Shown: in pieces, positions 44,501 through 59,500 of the stretch
Numbering within the stretch: position 1 is the stretch's first letter
Layout of the letters: each line of letters opens with the position of its first letter
Source of the DNA: Phoronis australis
Lineage: Eukaryota > Animalia > Phoronida
NCBI GenBank assembly: GCA_002633005.1
Contig: NMRA01000080.1
Location: 587,291-651,290, forward strand
DNA length: 64,000 bases
Direction of reading: 5' to 3'
Program-made: the position numbers and the translations under genes
Notes under the pieces: model-generated
What the model saw: only the letters and a program-made list of their open reading frames with translations
What the model was told of the DNA's origin: nothing
Database searches by the model: none

Positions 44501-47500
44501 TTTCTATGTTCTTTTCCTGAATCATTATTAAGATGAAATTTGATTTCTTAATGATTGTGGAATTGTAACAATTTGATAAAATGGTATCCTCAAATGGAAA
44601 GCAGTTGTCATTGGCTGATTTTTTATTGTATGATTTGATTTGCATGAATTTTCTGTTAAAGTAGATTCTTGACAATGTTTGTTTGTTGGTTCATTTGATA
44701 GTGTTCTGCAAGATGTATGTTTAGTAAGTAGATTTTAATTTTAATTTTAATTTTAATTAATTATCAATGTTGTGAAGAAGTTGTCCTTGTCTGACGGCAC
44801 TCACAGTGGGATGTTGAGGCAGCTTGATTATTACATATCTTCTCAGTTGGTTTAAGAGTGTTTTTGATACTAATGATAAATCAAAACATAGGATGTTTTT
44901 TTAGACAACTTTTTATTCAGAGAAAGACAGTAAAAGTCAGGATCACTAGGTTGATGCTGAGATGACGCGAAGATGCCTTCTGGAAGTAGTTCTGATTTAG
45001 ATCTAACGCTATAAATTTGACCTCAAACTGTTCCTTACTCCTGGACTCTGTAATTTGACTTGATCTGGCAGGTCCTTTTATTGGCCAATCATGGGCTTGC
45101 AGTAACGAACTTATCAGCTTGAGCCATGTCCAAAAATCATGTAATCTGAGTAAGGGACAATCCAAGACCAGTGTTGTAACATATAAGGGTCCAAATCATT
45201 TTAATTTGTAGAGGGCGCATTCGTAGCATCTTCAAAATTTTGTGAGTTTAATGATTTAGGGTGTTGGTCGTGTGGGAAATTCTGAACTCACACAACNTAT
45301 TTTTGCAGCATCACTGATTAATCTGCTTTCTATGTTCTATTCCTGAATCATTATTAAGTTGAAATTTGATTTCTTAATGATTGTGGAATTGTAACAATTT
45401 GATAAAATGGTATCCTCAAATGGAAAGCAGTTGTCATTGGCTGATTTTTTATTGTATGATTTGATTTGCATGAAATTTCTGTTAAAGTAGATTCTTGACA
45501 ATGTTTGTTTGTTGGTTCATTTGATAGTGTTCTGCAAGATGTATGTTTAGTAAGTAGATTTTAATTTTAATTTTAATTTTAATTAATTATCAATGTTGTG
45601 AAGAAGTTGTCCTTGTCTGATGGCACTCACAGTGGGATGTTGAGGCAGCTTGATTATTACATATCTTCTCAGTTGGTTTAAGAGTGTTTTTGATACTAAT
45701 GATAAATCAAAACATAGGATGTTTTTTTAGACAACTTTTTATTCAGAGAAAGACAGTAAAAGTCAGGATCACTAGGTTGATGCTGAGATGACGCGAAGAT
45801 GCCTTCTGGAAGTAGTTCTGATTTAGATCTAACGCTATAAATTTGACCTCAAACTGTTCCTTACTCCGTGTTGCTTTAGACCGGACTCTGTAATTTGACT
45901 TGATCTGGCAGGTCCTTTTATTGGCCAATCATGGGCTTGCAGTAACGAACTTATCAGCTTGAGCCATGTCCAAAAATCATGTAATCTGAGTAAGGGACAA
46001 TCCAAGACCAGTGTTGTAACATATAAGGGTCCAAATCATTTTAATTTGTAGAGGGCGCATTCGTAGCATCTTCAAAATTTTGTGAGTTTAATGATTTAGG
46101 GTGTTGGTCGTGTGGGAAATTCTGAACTCACACAACTTAAGGATTCATGTATAAGTATTATTCAAAAGTTTATTTTGAAGTACAGTTGTTTTAATATGCA
46201 AGGCAAAATTTTTTCGTACTGTAAGTTGTCACCGTTCGTTCTTTATAGGCCAAGGCCGACACAGTAGACGCTTTGGAAAAGTATCGAGGGAAATGCGAAC
46301 CTTGTTTTCTGTTCTTTGCGGTAAGTTGCTGTAGTAACATTTTGCTTACAAATACTTTTCGAGTCTTGTTAAATAATCGGTCGCACACAATTGTGCATTG
46401 TACTGAGCTACCTGTGGTAATCCTTGAGCAGTTGTATGACACTTAAGTTTTGTTTGCAGGGGGGAGTGTTGGTGGCTGTTGTCAGGGGAGCCAACTCTCC
46501 GCTGGTCACGAGAACCATAACAGAACAGTTGGCACAAGAACACAAAGTATTGGACGGGGATACCGAACGGAAAGAGGTGAGCTTTAAGCGTACATGTTAG
46601 GATGCAGGACTGTCCAAGTTTATGAATGTACAAACCATTTCATGTGTGATTCACTACTGCAGCTAAGTTTCTACATTAATATCATTAGTTTTATGTGTGT
46701 CAACTGATTGGCTGTATTTATACAAGGGCCTGTATTCACAGAGTGTCTGTAATAAAGTTTATCATGGGATATGTACTGCCCAGTACTCTCCACTGTCTGT
46801 TAAGGAAAGTGATGGAACCTGTCAAATTTTTTAAAATGCGCAAATTTTTGTGCTGTATCTTACGTTAACTTTGTCGTCTCCCCATAGATTCGTGACCCGA
46901 TGCTTGGCGAAGCGGATATAGTTGAGAAGGGGGCAGCAGATGCAGAGGAGCAGGAGAAGGCGGACGAGGATATGGGTAAGTGGCTCCCTCTGGAGTTGGC
47001 GCCCTGAATCAGCAACGTCAGATTGCATGACTGCCAACTGTTACGGATTTTCCCATGTTTCAAGTTCATTTAGAGTCTCAAAAATATTATATATTAAATT
47101 GTTGGAGATTTTGAAGATTTATTTGTTTTCAAAAATCACCTGAATGTGAAAGATGTTATTTATCAACATTTTGAAGTACCAATTCAGCTTAGGTAGAGGT
47201 AGGAAATCCTGGTAAATGATGAAAATATTTGAGAGAGTGCACAAGATCACGCTTGTTGTAAGTACCATTGTATAATTTGCATATCACCTTTAATTTCCCT
47301 TTTTGTAAATGGTCATCCGACGTGATTGAAAAATGAAAGACGCGTTTACATGCCTTTGCATTGTGTTACATCATCTTTTACTTGAGATGTGACTAAACCA
47401 TTTACTTACAATGCTTTGATCAAAATTTGGAGTTTTCATACAATGCGATTGCTCGAATTTCGAAGTCACATGTAATGTTGGTGGTCTTGTTCCCTTGTAA

Positions 47501-50500
47501 GTGAGAACCCAGAGTAGGCACCTTGAATTGGCCACTAGGCTGACTGATCGAAGCTTTTGCATGATTGTAATTTAAACAATTCGGTTTACAGCGGTAAAAA
47601 TTCTTCAGTTTGGGACAGTGAAAAATTATTGTGCTTAACTGTGCCAAATTTTAGAAATAGGCAATATTGGCTGCCCACATTCAAGAATTATCAAAAAAAA
47701 CGTCAAATTTTTCTGGTTCAGAAATTTTAGAATCAGTTCTGCTTTGTAACATGTCACCAGTCAGACAAATTGTCAACTTTAGGTATATCAAGCTCTTTTT
47801 GGTGCAAAACGCAGGGCCAGATACTTGAAAAATATTTGATGAATGCTAAGGTCACTCTTATCCTAGTCTTCAGAGTCGAAAAAAATTCAGTGCACCTTAA
47901 CTTCCGATCTCCTAAATTTTTAGAGTAAAAAGTGTCCGAAACTGGGAATTTTTTTACCGTAGATGGCTCCAAACATTTTCAATAGAACAACGTCTAATGA
48001 GGCTTTGACAAAAATCACGCAGAGCGTCTTATCTTGGGGCTTTACTGACAGCACAACGGTCTATTGTTGCATATTGCATTACTATCAGTCAGTAATACAG
48101 TTGGCTTTGTGCTTCTGTAAATTGAGAGCAAATCATGTTACAAATAATGTTTTGCAACCTAGTGCTGTTTCATGCCACGTTGTTCAACCTCATTTACTAA
48201 TGTCATTTTCTATATAGTGGAATAAGACAATTTTCATAGTTTTGCTTGCTAGAGTTCGTTATAAATTATTCTAATTTTTTAACGTCAGACAACTTGCGTT
48301 TGGATCACGGTGAGGAAATTGTCAACTTGACCATGCCTCGTCAGGTCGACAACGTTGTACAAAACTCAACAAAGCCTACTGCAGGTGGATATGCTGTGAA
48401 ATGTTGTAATATTTACACCATGCGTGACACAGTTCTGCCACCGTAATATGCAAAGCAACTGTACAGAATTCCAGTAACTCGAATGAATTCTTTCCCTCCA
48501 AACCATGTTCTCAGCCAGTGCAAAATGTACGTGCGGATGGTATTGGGAGGACAAAACGTGACTTCCCTAAATGAATGCGTACACATTCAAACGTAAAAGG
48601 ATACGCGTAAAGGGTGCTGGCGAATTCTGTTTGCACAACCTTCCCTTGCCTGCATTCGAGGACATGGTTTGCCCCTGGTCCGTAGTTCTTGCACCCTTGT
48701 CACTGTTAAGTAGTTTTTTGGTTAGCATATAATATTGCATGTAACTGGAACATGGTATGCTGAGTTGTAGTTATGTCATGTGACTACTGTCTAGTCTCCT
48801 ACTAGTGTTAAGCTGCTGCTACTGCATGGATGTTTATTCCCAGTGATTGTAGTCATTCAGGTAGAAACGAAATTCATGTTTTTGCTTGTAGCTTAGCACT
48901 ACCGCAATGCAGAATTTATTTAAGCTGTGATATAGTACTTGCAAATGCCAGTGAGTTTGTGGTTTGTGGCAGAAAAATGGTCATTTTAATCCAGCAGGCT
49001 ATAGCGATTATTGGTAGCGCTGGCCGAGCGTGGGCGTCAAAAATTCCTAGTGGCCACTGGTGATCCAACAAAAAATCCTGCCATTACACTGGGCAACATG
49101 AAAGAATGTCATCGACCAAACATTGCACTTTTTGTTACCAAGGCTTTAAGTAACCATATAGTATCATATCAAATTTTGAAATGCTATTGGTTTTCGTACA
49201 AACTTAACGCGAATGTTTTGTTTTAACTGACGAGTCATTATTTTGATAACGTCTTAAAACATGGAGTACCTAGTTTTTCTGTCTGTTATTAGAAACGTGA
49301 ATTATATTCATTTGATAACATTCACTTAAATATATGAGCACTGGCGTAGGGTTGGGTTCTTGCAAGTCAAATGATAAGTTATCTCGGTCTAGCAATTTTG
49401 AGCAACTGTTAGATCGACACTCAATGGATTATGTTCTCATCCTGTGAGATTTACTCTTCAGATGAATGCATCTTGCTTTGACAAATGTTGGATCAGATAG
49501 TAACTTGGTAAGTCCGGTATTTTAATATAGCAACTGTGACCCACACACACTATGGATTTGTTTTAATTCTCTTTCTGCCTTTTCCCAGAGCCTGTTAAGA
49601 AGGGAGTCACAGTGGCCATCATTAAACCAGACGCAGTCAAGGCTGGAAAGGTGGACGAGATCATTGAGAAGGTCAGTCGTCTGGGAAATATCATGGAATA
49701 TTCTTCTGAGCACATGCTGAGCACATGCTGAGCACATGCTGAGCACATGCTGAGCACATGCTGAGCACATGCTGAGCACATGCTGGGCATGTTTTGGTGT
49801 CTGAGGAAATGACTGCTTGTTAATTAGGTTGCTTGTTCTCAGCAAATGCATGTTGGGGTTAAAAGTATCCACAGTTAAATAAGCTATTGACATCAAATTA
49901 AATTTACCGATCTGAGTCGTTTTGCTCTTTGTTCATTTACTTTCTTTAACATTTGTTTTTTAGAACGTTTGCTTTTTGAACATTGCTCTGCTACCTTAAA
50001 TGTACAATAAGCTGAAATGTTAAATATCATTACATAATATCTCCAAACACTGTTTAGATGACGGAGAGCGGTATTGAAATTCTCAAACACGAGGAGAGGA
50101 ATCTCACGGATGAAGAAGCTAGGGAGTTCTACAGACATCTGCAAGATGAGGTGAGTTTTCTGGTGAATAAATCAACAGCATTTTGTAACAGAACTACAAA
50201 CTAGTTTTTCGTTCTTCTAAAATTAGGAAGCAAGCACTGTTAGTGTGTGTGGAATCAGACTCCTTAGCTGTCCCGCCCCGCGTATTTTTCAGTTGTTATT
50301 CAAAAAAATCTGCGTCATTTCACCAGTACTTTTCTTTCAGCCCTTCTTTGATAACCTAGTGGAGTTCATGTGCAGCGGCCCGAGTCATGTATTGGTGATC
50401 ACAAAGGGAGAGACAGGCGAGAACATCGTGGATGAGTGGCGGGAGCTCCTCGGGCCCAAGCAGGTCGAGGAGGCAAAGGAAGCGGCTCCTGATAGGTGGG

Positions 50501-53500
50501 TCAAGAGTGTTGACCTCGTTACTAAGTCCTGTCTTGTCTCTATAAAATCGAGATATTTCTACACAGCATTGCCCATCTGCACGTTCTACCTCATTTTTGA
50601 ACCATTGCAATATCACGTCATGGTGTGACAATCACAGTTTTATACATCCTATGCGATATTTGCCATTTCGGTGTTGGCCAGGTTTTGTCTTATTGTACAG
50701 CATCTTTAAGTGCCGACGCTAAAATCGGACAAGTTGATTAGCAGCCAACAGAAAACTGCTTGAGGATGTTGCTATGAGAAAACTGCTAAACAGTTGGTTA
50801 GTGTGTTGAACGTCGAAGCTTTGCAGCATGTGTTTCTTGACTCATCAAGGTTGCCTCGTTAATCTAAAGCGTTTGCTGTTTTTGCGCTCTAGGCCTCTTG
50901 GGTAAATATTCCGAGTGTGTGTACCTCTNCTACCTCATTTTTGCACCATTGCAATATCACGTCATGGTGTGACAATCACAGATTTATACATCCTATGCGA
51001 TATTTGCCATTTCGGTGTTGGCCAGGTTTTGTCTTATTGTACAGCATCTTTAAGTGCCGACGCTAAAATCGGACAAGTTGATTAGCAGCCAACAGAAAAC
51101 TGCTTGAGGATGTTGCTATGAGAAAACTGCTAAACAGTTGGTTAGTGTGTTGAACGTCGAAGCTTTGCAGCATGTGTTTCTTGACTCATCAAGGTTGCCT
51201 CGTTAATCTAAAGCGTTTGCTGTTTTTGCGCTCTAGGCCTCTTGGGTAAATATTCCGAGTGTGTGTACCTCTTGCCATGTTTCCATTATATTAATTATTT
51301 TTTCTATTCATTGTCTATTAACTTTCAACCTCTTGTATTTGACAAATAAGTGTTCTTTATTTACCCGACTGATAAGCAGACTCGTATTAATTGTTTAGTT
51401 TATTTTGATGTCGTTTGATTTTAGTTAATTAGTATTTTGATCTTAAATGATATTTATACCTTAGTTCAACCTTTCATGACAACAGTTTTCTGCAAGTTAT
51501 CCGTGAGAGCGCATATTCAGCTAATTCATCTCATTACTGCCTCCCAGTCGTTGACTTAACATAACGATGTCCGATAATTCAATTTTATGCCAGCTTGCAT
51601 TCTACAATTATATTATTCTGCTTAGAAATATTAATTACACAAATTATTTACAAAGTTTCTATGCTAACCGCTCACAGTGAGTGTTAATGTAGTAAGGTTT
51701 TGGTGTTTCTGCGATGGCAGTCTTGTTTAATTCATAGTTGCTGGTTCCAGGATCACAACTGCTAGTGGGAAAGGTTTTGAGTTCTCCAGAAATTGTGATT
51801 TGCAAATTAATTCAGTTCATTGACATTAAATGCCAACAAAACCACACGACTTGAACAAAAGCTACTTTAAGTCTTGTTTGATTTTCCTTTGTTGCATGTC
51901 AGTCCATGTTGTCCATTCAATGACTGTGACTTAAACAGTAATCATGGTCTTATTAAACTCAGTGAGCATCAGAATGTGTATGTATGTCCTGCACTTTTGC
52001 ATTATGTCTCAGGATACTAGCAAAAGTTTGTCATCGGTTTAAACTTATCTTATTTGCGTATTCCTCAACTTACCTTTTACTCTCGCACCATTGTCGAAGC
52101 CTCAAAATTTGTGTTTTTGGAAATGTTTATTTTTGAAAATGACAACTTTGCACTCACACCTCTGATTAGTCTTGACTTGATTTGTTCCAAAGTTAAACAT
52201 GATTTCTGGGCTTCGCGTGATTTACACCTCATTATTACTTTCAACTGAGATTAGATTAGAAAATACACCAAGAACAATATAGCTGTCAAAGATTCACTGC
52301 TCAAGCACCAGGTGGCATTGCTGCACTTTGAACAGCAGCTGAAGTTACTGCTGCACTAAGCATTTTGTATCTTTAAAGACCAGGCGGTCTTCTTGGGCAA
52401 CTCATTGTCAAATTATTTTTGGGAAATCAAGTATGCGAATTTTGAATGCAAATAACAGATTTGTGCACAACTTACTGACTGTGTTTCGTCTTTTCAGTTT
52501 ACGTGCTCAATACGGTGAGTCCGAGCTCATGAATGCTCTTCACGGCTCTGACACTCAAGAGAGGGCGATGGCGGAGCTGGCTTTCTTCTTCCCAGACTAC
52601 AATGTGCCCGCAATTCCCGGCACGGGTCCCAAGCCAAAGATCGAGCGCACGCTCGCGCTCATCCGGCCAGATGCGGCCCGCGAACACAAGGGTAGGAACC
52701 TTGTTGTCATCTGCTTAGTTCAACTTAACATTGTCTGGGTTTGTGTCAGGACATGGTTGCTTTGTGCGAGTGTTATAATTTGGTAGATTCTACACAGAGT
52801 TTCAAGTCTAGGATATTCCACCGGTGTATGCGAAAAATTTACTTCCCTGATGCTTCCATTTTGTGGTATTTATACTGCATTTCTGCCGTGAAATCCAGAC
52901 GTATCACGTTTTATAATGCAACGCTTTCATACAGATCCCTGTATCTAATATTTTACGACTAAGTGTTATATATCATTGCCCTGCAATCTGTGCCACTATA
53001 TAATTGTCTTGTATCTTGCAGATGCAATCCTTGCAAAGATTAAGGAAGCTGGCTTCCAAATCGCTCTAATGAAGGAGATGGAGATCACCAAAGAACAAGC
53101 TGAAGAGTTCTACAGTGAACACAAGGGCCAGCCTTACTTTGAGGAGCTCACTACAACCATGTCCAGGTATGCGCATCTGGTAGAATGTGTATCAGACCGC
53201 CTGCAATTATTCTGTTTATGTCTAGGTATGGAGAGAAGCAAGTGATTGCCACAAATAATCAGCGACACTTTTGGTCGTAGTGTGTCATTTAACGATGAAT
53301 TTAATATTAACAAATTCTGAAAATTCTAACACCGTCCGGGTCTTCAAGGCATTGCGTTTGATTATCTACTGAGTTAGCTAATGGGCTTGTGTTGAGACCC
53401 CTTTCGGGCGAAAAATTTTGGAAACTTTGGATTGAAGAGTATGTGGAAAATTTAAACAATGCGCACTACGGCGTATGCATATCATTTGGATATTACTAAA

Positions 53501-56500
53501 ATTCCTACGTTAGTAGTGCCAAAGCGTTTTTATGTTTTTCTACCATTTTTCAGTATACTATACTTTAGCCTTGCAATATCAACTTTATTTGGACATCAAA
53601 TATTGGTCTTCCTAGTTGTTGGTCAGACCATAAAGCTTGACTAGGGATGTTTAAATTGGATTGTGATTAGGTGATTGTTGTTTGCAGCGGTCCACTCATT
53701 GCGCTGGGATTAGCACGCGAACAAGCAGTGACAGCTTGGAGAGACATGCTGGGACCTAAAGAAGTGGAAAAGAAGGGGGAAGAAGGAGAAAGGTAGTGGC
53801 TTTGATTTATCCCGTGCTAGGTGTGACAGCATTTATGTCACAGCACCAGTAACGCATTATTTGAATCTGCAGGCTAAGGCAAGGGCTAGCAACATAATTT
53901 CATACTCTGAATTAACCAATACTTGAAATTTCTGAGTCCTTGTTTTCTTACCGTTTATGCTGATAATATTTTGAAATTAAAACTAGGCGTCAGGATTTCC
54001 GAGTTGTCACAATCTTTAAAAAAAAGGTTTCCACAAAAACATTGAGGTCATTGGAATTTCATTGGCTTTTCTCGGGATGCCAAATAAAATTTATACAATT
54101 ATTTCTAAAGAATGTCAGGATGAATGGCTTTGGGGATTTTTTGTGCCCAGATCAGATGCCATCGGTGATTTGCTGCTATGTAATACGTGCAATGTTCAAA
54201 GAGCAGGACTTAACTATCTTATTTTGTTATTTTGTTGTCAGATTTGTGTCCAGCTACGTAAATGGGCCAGGTGACGTAGCCAGCTCTAACAAGGGGCTGT
54301 CTGTAATTGGTGGCCACATTTTTTTCGCTAGACTTAGCACGGGGTCCGTCGCTTGCATAAATATGGATGGTATACTCGATCCCCGAGTAGACTCAACATT
54401 CGTTATTTCTCCGGTCTTGCTGTTAGCATACAGGTTAAGACATTTGTGTGCATTTGTTGCTGTGCATTTTTACTATTTGTGTAGTCAGACTATCATTCAA
54501 GCTTGTCATGGTTTTATTTTATTCAGCGAAGAAGAAAAGTCTGCCGAGCAAACGCCACCAGCGGAGGGCGAGGCTGAAAAGTAAGATTTCAATGTATTCA
54601 GATTTAAGTACCATTGTTCGAATGTTGGCTGTATGTCAAGTTTTACTATGATCGTATTGAAGCCGTCAAACAAAATTGTTCTCGGCAAGTTGTGCTTTGA
54701 TTTTTGGAGTGATTGTTGAGCACTAGAATGTACTTCTAGTGTGTTAAAACTGACCCAATTCATTGGAAAGCAGGCTGGGGTGAAAACAGATATGCATCAA
54801 AAGCATTGTGTAGTGTCTTCAAGGTGGGGTATCTGTCACATGAGCCTGGCAGGCGTTTGTGTGGCTTTAATGGATAGTTTGCTCATACCTTACTGCTAGT
54901 TTCACAGCACATACGGCTGAATATATTCTGTCCAACCTTTGATATTCAGCAGTGAAGAAAAACCTGCGGATGAGCAGGCGGAAAAGCCTGCAGATGAGCA
55001 GGCGGAAAAGCCGGAGGGCGAGTCAGATGAGCAAACAGCAGACGGAGAGAAAAAGTGAGAGTTCTGCCCTAACACAGCGCATGAACTTTCTAGTCATAGT
55101 TTCTGCTATCTCTCCACCTAACAACTTCGCACGCTCTTAGTTTCTGGTTATTATTTTCTGGTCTAAGGTCTTTGACTTTGGTAAAACACAATAGAAGTGG
55201 GCACGTTGGTGAAAACACTGCCAACTTAGTCATTTATTGTTTGATGTTTTTGACTTAGCTTCAAAATCGAATTTCGCCATTTTTATTGTGTTTTACTGGT
55301 AGCGTTAAGTTTGACTGCCAACCTTAGTTAACAGGCTATCGGCACTTTCAGCACCCTTTTCTGTTTCAACATTAGCATCTCTCTACACTTCCTGGTTCAC
55401 TGGCTTGTTTATAGTGAGTGACCCACACGACGAATTTACAACATGTCCTCTGCTCTCAGTTTATCTTGTCTGTTCACGAGCTTTCAAGTTTTTATCCCTC
55501 TGTGGATTTGTGCTTGCCTCTGAGGCATTTATAAGATGTGTCTACAGCTAGGCTAAGAGCTAAAATTTTTGTGAACAGGGTACAGCTAGGAAGCGGGTTT
55601 TGTTCCTGTAGTCCAATAATTAAATTTTGCCCTTTTGTCCCAGACAGCTCTGATTGCGTCATAATTGCCAAATTCAGTGATATTGTCAAGTTTCTGATGA
55701 CAAATCCAATTGAAACAATTAATTTATTTGATGCTGCCCATCCTGTAAAATGATGAGCACCATGTGCCTTGTCAAGCTCTAATAACTTAAGACTTCCATA
55801 CTAAACTAGAAGCTTTAAAACAGACTGATTAGAGGTATGTACACAGTCATGTACTTGTTCTGTGGCTATGTTCTTGAAAAGTCATCTTGGCGGTGGGCAA
55901 TTGCCAATTATCTGTCGGAGATCTGTTTGACCGGAACTGCAGGGTAGAAACGGTCAATCAAACTTGACTGTGGAGTGTTTTAAATGCCAAGTTGTGGAAA
56001 TCAATATTTTTAGGGCTTAATTAATGAAGTTGAGTTCAGGAACTTTCTGAATTTATTAGTTTACTCTAAAGCCATGTCAAAAACAAGTAGAAACATTTCA
56101 AATCTGTCATTCTTGTGAGAAACTAGAGACCATCAGCTGTGAAAAAGCAGACGTATTTTGCTTCTCAGATTTTGTGTTTAGACTTTACTTACTGTTTCTT
56201 TCAGGGAGGAAGTTGCAGAGGGTGAAGAACAGAAAGCACTGAGAAAGTGAGTATTTGTTCATAATATCCAGACAAGGATGACTGTGAAAGCAGCGTCATC
56301 ACTCAGTAGTTTGTGAATTTGTAAACAAGCTTGTTTACAAATCACTTGTGGTCTTCGTGTCTTCTGAGCACGGTAAGATCATATGAAAGCATCGCTTGTA
56401 TTCCCATTTGCTAATTTTGTGAAAATGCTTCATCAGTTAGAGAAAGGGAGATAATTCTGGGAATTGTGGTCTATTTCATTTTTGTTTGACAAATTTTCTC

Positions 56501-59500
56501 ATTTTTTGTAATGGTTGACAACTGGATAGAACTTTGACAATTTCTTTTGGTTATTGTTTATAATTTTGTGACACTATGATAATGTTTCTGTGTGATAGCT
56601 TACAAGACAGTAGGTATTAAAACTTACCTAACGTCTGCTTTGTTCATGAGATACAACTGATTTTTAAGCTATTTAAATTAAAACCTCAATACACCATTGA
56701 TGTTCTGTTACGGCTTCTTCACATTTTTAGTAATTGGCTGTAATAATGACCAAGGATCCTTCACAACAAGTTGTCACACAAAGTTAATGTTATTAACAAA
56801 AAACGTTTTTTTCAAGATTAGATTAGCTAGTAGTTCATTCCTATTTCGTGATATCAGCCTAGTGATATCAGCCTAGTGATGTCAGCCTAGTGATATCAGC
56901 CTAGTGATATCAGCCTAGTGATATCAGCCTAGTGATATCAGCCTAGTGATATCAGCCTAGTGAATTTGAATACGGAAGTATGCTATAGTATTACTCTAAG
57001 TTCAGTGTATACATTACGGTTAAAATGAAAATGGCATTCATCCTCAATAGTATTGGGACACAGAAGACAGTGGCACACTCTTACGAGGTTTTGAATATCC
57101 CTAGGACAACTTAAAATTTTTCTGTCTATTTCAAAGCACCTTTTATGACTATGCAATTCTGTGTAAACTTGCAGATTATGAATGATAATAGCCGCTACCT
57201 TTGTAGTATGTAGCAGCTAGGTCACTTAGATTTTCCTATTAAAAAGAAATAGATTCATCATACAACTGCAATGTATTTTAAACATTAAGTTTCTGTTAAA
57301 ATATTATTAAAATGTGGATTTCACGGTGCATAATTATGTGGATTTTTCATCCAATCTTTTTTTAGTTTGAGAGCTCAGTTCTCTATTGAGGGATCTAATA
57401 TAAACCCGCTACACGGGTCGGACTCTGCTGAGACGGCCAAGAAGGAACTTGAATTTTTCTTCCCTATGCAGAAGACAATGGCAGTGATCAAACCTGATGC
57501 TTATCAAACTAAAGGTGAGAGTATTTTAACAGATTTTTTTCCGCAAAACTAGATGGCTGTGGAAGCAATGCACAATTAAGTAAATCATGTGCACTCTTTG
57601 TCTAGATCAGAGTCAGTTAGTTTAATAAGCAGAGCTATCTAGTATCATTAACTGAGACCTCGTGTTGGTTTTTTATGGGCAGGGCTGCACACCACCTTAT
57701 GCAATGAGATGGTGATTTTGTCCCACTCTCCCTGCTATGTAGGGAAACCTGCAAGTGGACCATTTCTTTTTTGATTACTCTCCACAGCTATGTAACAGTT
57801 TTACTGTACTTGAAGGTGATGTCAGTGCGTCCGTTTCTGTGTTTGTTGGTATGTCAACTTCACGGTGTCTCGGGGGAAATAAGATATTGTGAATGGAGAA
57901 TAAACGAGATGTGGAGAATTGAGTAATATAATTCATCCTGTTGCCATTGTAGAGGAAATCATGAACAAAATCAGAGAAGCGGGCTTCCATATTGCCGCTA
58001 AGAAAGAGACGCAGGTAACAAAGGAGATCGCTGAAACACTGTACAAGGACTGCGTTGATAAGGAGTACTACAATGACATCACAGACCACATGGCGAGGTA
58101 AGAAGTTAATACTGCAGTGTGTGTGCCTGTGCGCATGTGTGTCTGTGCATGGCTGTGCCTGTGCTCATGTCCCTGTGCCAGTGTCTGTGCCTGTGTCTGT
58201 GTGTGGCTGCGCCAGTGCCTGTGTCTGTGTGTCCTGTCCCTGTTTGTGGCTGTGCCTGTATCTGTGCCTGCATGTGTTTGTGTGTGTGTGTTTGCGTGTG
58301 CGCGTGAGTGTGCGCTGTGACAGTGCAAGGCCTTGGTTATATGGTTATATCAATTGGAAGTTGAAACCTAACCTAACCTTTTACACATATTCACCTCTGT
58401 TGCTGAGAGTGAATGGGGACTATAAGACGTAAGCATTCAGCAAAATTTGCTGCAGACGTGCACATCATGTCACAATTTCTGTTGACGACCTCGTAGATTT
58501 TTTGGTTTGAACTTGCATATTTTATCGTTGTGTAGAAGGTACCTCATTGCTGAGTTTAGTTCCCACTAATATGACAAACAAGCACAGAATAATTGTTACC
58601 TATGTCATGTATTTTAATTGATGCTTATTGGCCATGATGGTAGTTTTAGAAACTTTATACTTAGGCATGGTGGTGTGGGTTGGAAACTCATAACTTGTGT
58701 TATGTGTAGTCCAGAATTGTCTCAAAATCGTGCAAAAATCAGACACTCTCAAAAGTTTAATAGGAGTCATGTCTTTAATGTGGTGCTGTCTATTACAGTG
58801 GTACGACACTGTTTATGGTCATAACACGAGAAGACGCAGTGGAGGGCTGGAGGGGTCTGATTGGTCCCACAGATCCAGAGCAGGCAAAAGAAGCAGCCCC
58901 TGGCAGGTATGGAGTCAAAGGTTAACTTATCGTAGTCTTGGAAATGTACTTGATAGTTTGAATTATTTGAATTATATATATAATGGTTAATTAATTTTTG
59001 AGAGATGGGGCCAAATACATTATGGCTTTTGAGGATAACATTGTAATCCAGTTTGCACTTGATGACCTTAGCATTAAGGCTAAAAGTTTTAGTCTGAACT
59101 CGAAATTTTAAATTTTTACTCGAGTTTGTTGTGCAAATATGGGGGTTCATGGTCTAGAAACTCATATGCATAAACATAATATATTCAGTCAGAGACTAAT
59201 ATACACTTATCTTTAGTTTGCACAAAAATAGAATAAGAAATGCTAAAAATAGTTTTGAGTTTGGTTTCGAGTAAGAAGATTAGACCGCTGTGCTAGGGGT
59301 GCATTCTGTAATGCAAGGCACACGTAGTGAGAAATGTTGGGTTCTGGAATGGAAATAGCATTTTTCTTAAGCTTACTTTAAATTCTATTCAACATTCTAG
59401 TCTGGCCTACCAATCATTTCATTGGAGGCCATTTTGCTGATAGTGTGTGCGATTAACATCCCGAACTTTCTCGGGAAATACTTGCCTTTCACATGGGTGA

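Noticed and set aside
44472-46136. About 830-bp tandem duplication in an NME8-like intron
   Set aside because: Copies abut a single N at 45297; assembly artefact. The duplicated small ORFs there are not genes.
50586-51272. About 343-bp tandem duplication
   Set aside because: Copies abut a single N at 50929; assembly artefact.
54042-54584. 180-aa ORF
   Set aside because: Intron read-through; only the final 54 nt correspond to an exon with splice sites.
30301-56959. Regular short repeats (30301, 35310, 49706, 56848) as CRISPR-like arrays
   Set aside because: Head-to-tail minisatellites with no unique spacers, in eukaryotic introns.
58055-58432. Cys/Val-rich ORFs resembling metallothionein or keratin-associated proteins (also 32568-33622, 49522-49896)
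   Set aside because: Translations of simple repeats.
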